Shown piece after piece: positions 62,385-64,000 of a DNA stretch of 64,000 bases. This DNA is from Rhynchobatus australiae (Eukaryota). The translations under genes were made by a program, and so were the position numbers. The notes under the pieces are model-generated. The model worked only from the letters and a program-made list of their open reading frames with translations, was not told the origin of the DNA and ran no database searches. The DNA lies in contig JAUZTB010000064.1 of the NCBI GenBank assembly GCA_034780895.1, positions 119,291,215-119,355,214 on the forward strand, given 5' to 3'. Positions within the stretch are counted from its first letter, which is position 1; every line of letters begins with the position of its first letter.

Positions 62385-62503
62385 CCGTGAAAGTGATCTC
62401 TCAACCATCATTTCCAACTTGCATCAGAGCAGACAGCTCGTTATGCCAGAGAGTCGGAATGAGATAAAGAGAAACGGTGTTGACTTGCTCCCGGGACAGG
62501 CAG
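62385..62503 (+). CDS. SAMD11: Internal coding exon of SAMD11 (sterile alpha motif domain-containing protein 11)-like gene
   Basis: Branch-like tgctaat, pyrimidine tract and tgcag acceptor; donor CAG|GTAAGT. The 119 nt are open in phase 2 to phase 1 and translate (S)RESDLSTIISNLHQSRQLVMPESRNEIKRNGVDLLPGQA(G). This aligns to recalled human SAMD11 SQDGNLPTLISSVHRSRHLVMPEHQSRCEFQRGSLEIGLRPAG, which I recall as an exon of similar length and the same phases. Confidence 0.8.
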
Positions 62504-62699
62504 GTAAGTTTGCAAAACGTCACAGTTGCCGGTTGATTCTGGTCTTGAGTGTCCATGGCAACGGGAGGCTTTGTAAATGAATGGTTGTCGGTTTAAAGAT
62601 GAGGAACCTTGTGAGAATTTTGTGCATCTTCAGCCCTCCGTTCCTCAGGACACAAACAGCAGGACACAAATTTCTTTTACTTCTGCTGCCCTTACTGAA

Positions 62700-63060
62700 A
62701 ATTGGTTTATTACTGTCACGTACCGAGGTACAGCGGAAATCTTTGTTATGCATGCTGTCCATACGGATCATTTCATCCCATCAGTGCGTTGAGGTAGTAC
62801 AAGGGAAAACAATAACAGAATGCAGAATAAAGTGTTACAGTTACAGAGAAAGTGCAGTGCAGGCAGACAATAAGGTGCAAGGCCATAACGAGGTAGATTG
62901 TGAGGTCCAGAGTCCATCTTATACTAGGGGACCGTTCAATAGTCTTATAACAGCGGGATAGAAGCTGTCCTTGAGCCTGGTTGTACGTGCTTTCAGGTTT
63001 TTGTATCTTCTAGCTATTGGGAAGGTGGAGAAGAGAGAATGTCCGGGGTGGGTGGGGTCA
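62700..63060 (-). mobile_element. Young Rex1/Babar 3' fragment
   Basis: attggtttattactgtcacgtaccgaggtacag tail with CpGs intact; minus strand gives RLKDSFYPAVIRLLN, the same ORF end as 60745-60790. Confidence 0.85.
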
Positions 63061-63249
63061 CCTTCTTGATGTGTGAGAGCTACTGGTGCACATTAGCTGT
63101 TTGCTCAGCTTTGGAGTGAGGCCTTAGGGAAGGAGGGGATATTTAATAGCTGAGCCTAATGTCACATGTGTACACAACACACATGCAAGGGTGCAGATAT
63201 ACTCTGATGTGTGCATGTACATGGATGTGCATAACACACAAAATGCATG

Positions 63250-63372
63250 CATTGGTATTGTTTTATTATTGTCACTTGTACCAAGGTACAGTGGAAAAAC
63301 TTGTCTTGTGTACCGTTTGTACAGATCATTGTACAGATCACAGTGCACTGAGGTAGTGCAGGGTAAAATGAA
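63250..63372 (-). mobile_element. Rex1/Babar 3' tail
   Basis: tttattattgtcacttgtaccaaggtacagtggaaaaacttgtcttg. Confidence 0.75.
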
Positions 63373-63374
63373 CA

Positions 63375-63885
63375 ATTGGGAGGATATTCATAGACTTTAG
63401 GGAGATAAAGCCAGGCTGGTGAATGGGCAGACAGGTGGCAAATGAAAGTTAATGCTGAGAGACATGAGGTGTTACATTTGGTAGGAGAACTGAAGAGAGG
63501 CAATGAGAGGGCCTTGTTCCATGGGGGGGGGGGGGTACAAGAGAGATCTGTGGGCGTGTGAACCTAATTCATCGTAAATTGCAGGACAGGTTAAGGAAGT
63601 GATTAATAAAACAAATGGAATCCTGGACCTCATAAATAGAGGCAGAGTGTACAGGAGCGGAGAAATCACGATGAACCTTCACAAAATACCGGTTTGGCCA
63701 CAGCTACAGTCAGGGGAGCAGTACAGACAGATTCAATTGTGGAGTTTAAAAGGAGATAGTTAAATAGGAAAGGACTTGTACGGTCGGGGGAGTGGCATCA
63801 GCTGGATTGGTCTTGTAATGAGCTAGTGTCAACCAGATGGGTCGAATGGTCTCCTTGCGTGCTACACCACTCTATGATACTATGA
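63375..63885 (+). mobile_element. CR1 3' fragment
   Basis: WADRWQMKVNAERHEVLHL, VQERSVG/QRDL-like, KTNGIL..INRG; tail gggtcgaatggtctccttgcgtgctacaccactctatgat. Confidence 0.7.
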
Positions 63886-64000
63886 TGTGGAATAACTGGC
63901 ATAAAATAAAAAAGAAATCAGGCATTGCATCTCCTATTCTGTGGGAGGAAGTCATTCTCGGCCCTAATAAACTGCCTCAGAAGTAAGAAAGAAGGCACAT

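Noticed and set aside
1-64000. Prokaryotic-type systems (CRISPR arrays, operons, retrons) or any intact autonomous transposon ORF
   Set aside because: The sequence is vertebrate intronic DNA; no regularly spaced repeat-spacer array was seen, and all RT/endonuclease remnants carry stops or frameshifts.

Overview
Eukaryotic, repeat-rich vertebrate DNA from a draft scaffold with many N gaps. The repeat complement (HE1/V-SINE-like SINEs, CR1, L2, RTE, Rex1/Babar, Deu-domain SINEs, Penelope-like termini) points to a shark or ray. Only one host coding exon is recognisable: 119 bp on + (62385-62503), translating to (S)RESDLSTIISNLHQSRQLVMPESRNEIKRNGVDLLPGQA(G), which matches the SAMD11 segment SQDGNLPTLISSVHRSRHLVMPEHQSRCEFQRG as I recall it. 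The window is therefore probably mostly SAMD11 intronic or upstream sequence. A CpG-enriched, repeat-poor block at about 24.1-25.5 kb ends in a strong splice donor and looks like an internal promoter with a non-coding first exon. The main oddities are: many Penelope-like termini carrying decayed minimal hammerhead-ribozyme cores, several arranged as tails-outward hairpins; a Rex1/Babar copy flanked by inverted copies of its own 3' tail; a young CpG-rich Tigger-like MITE inside that copy; a LINE with a tRNA-like Pol III head and a near-perfect inverted duplication; a Harbinger Myb/SANT relic; and a short interstitial telomeric repeat. I see no convincing wholly new biological system. Family assignments come from recalled motifs, not database searches, and most repeat boundaries are approximate (tens of bp).
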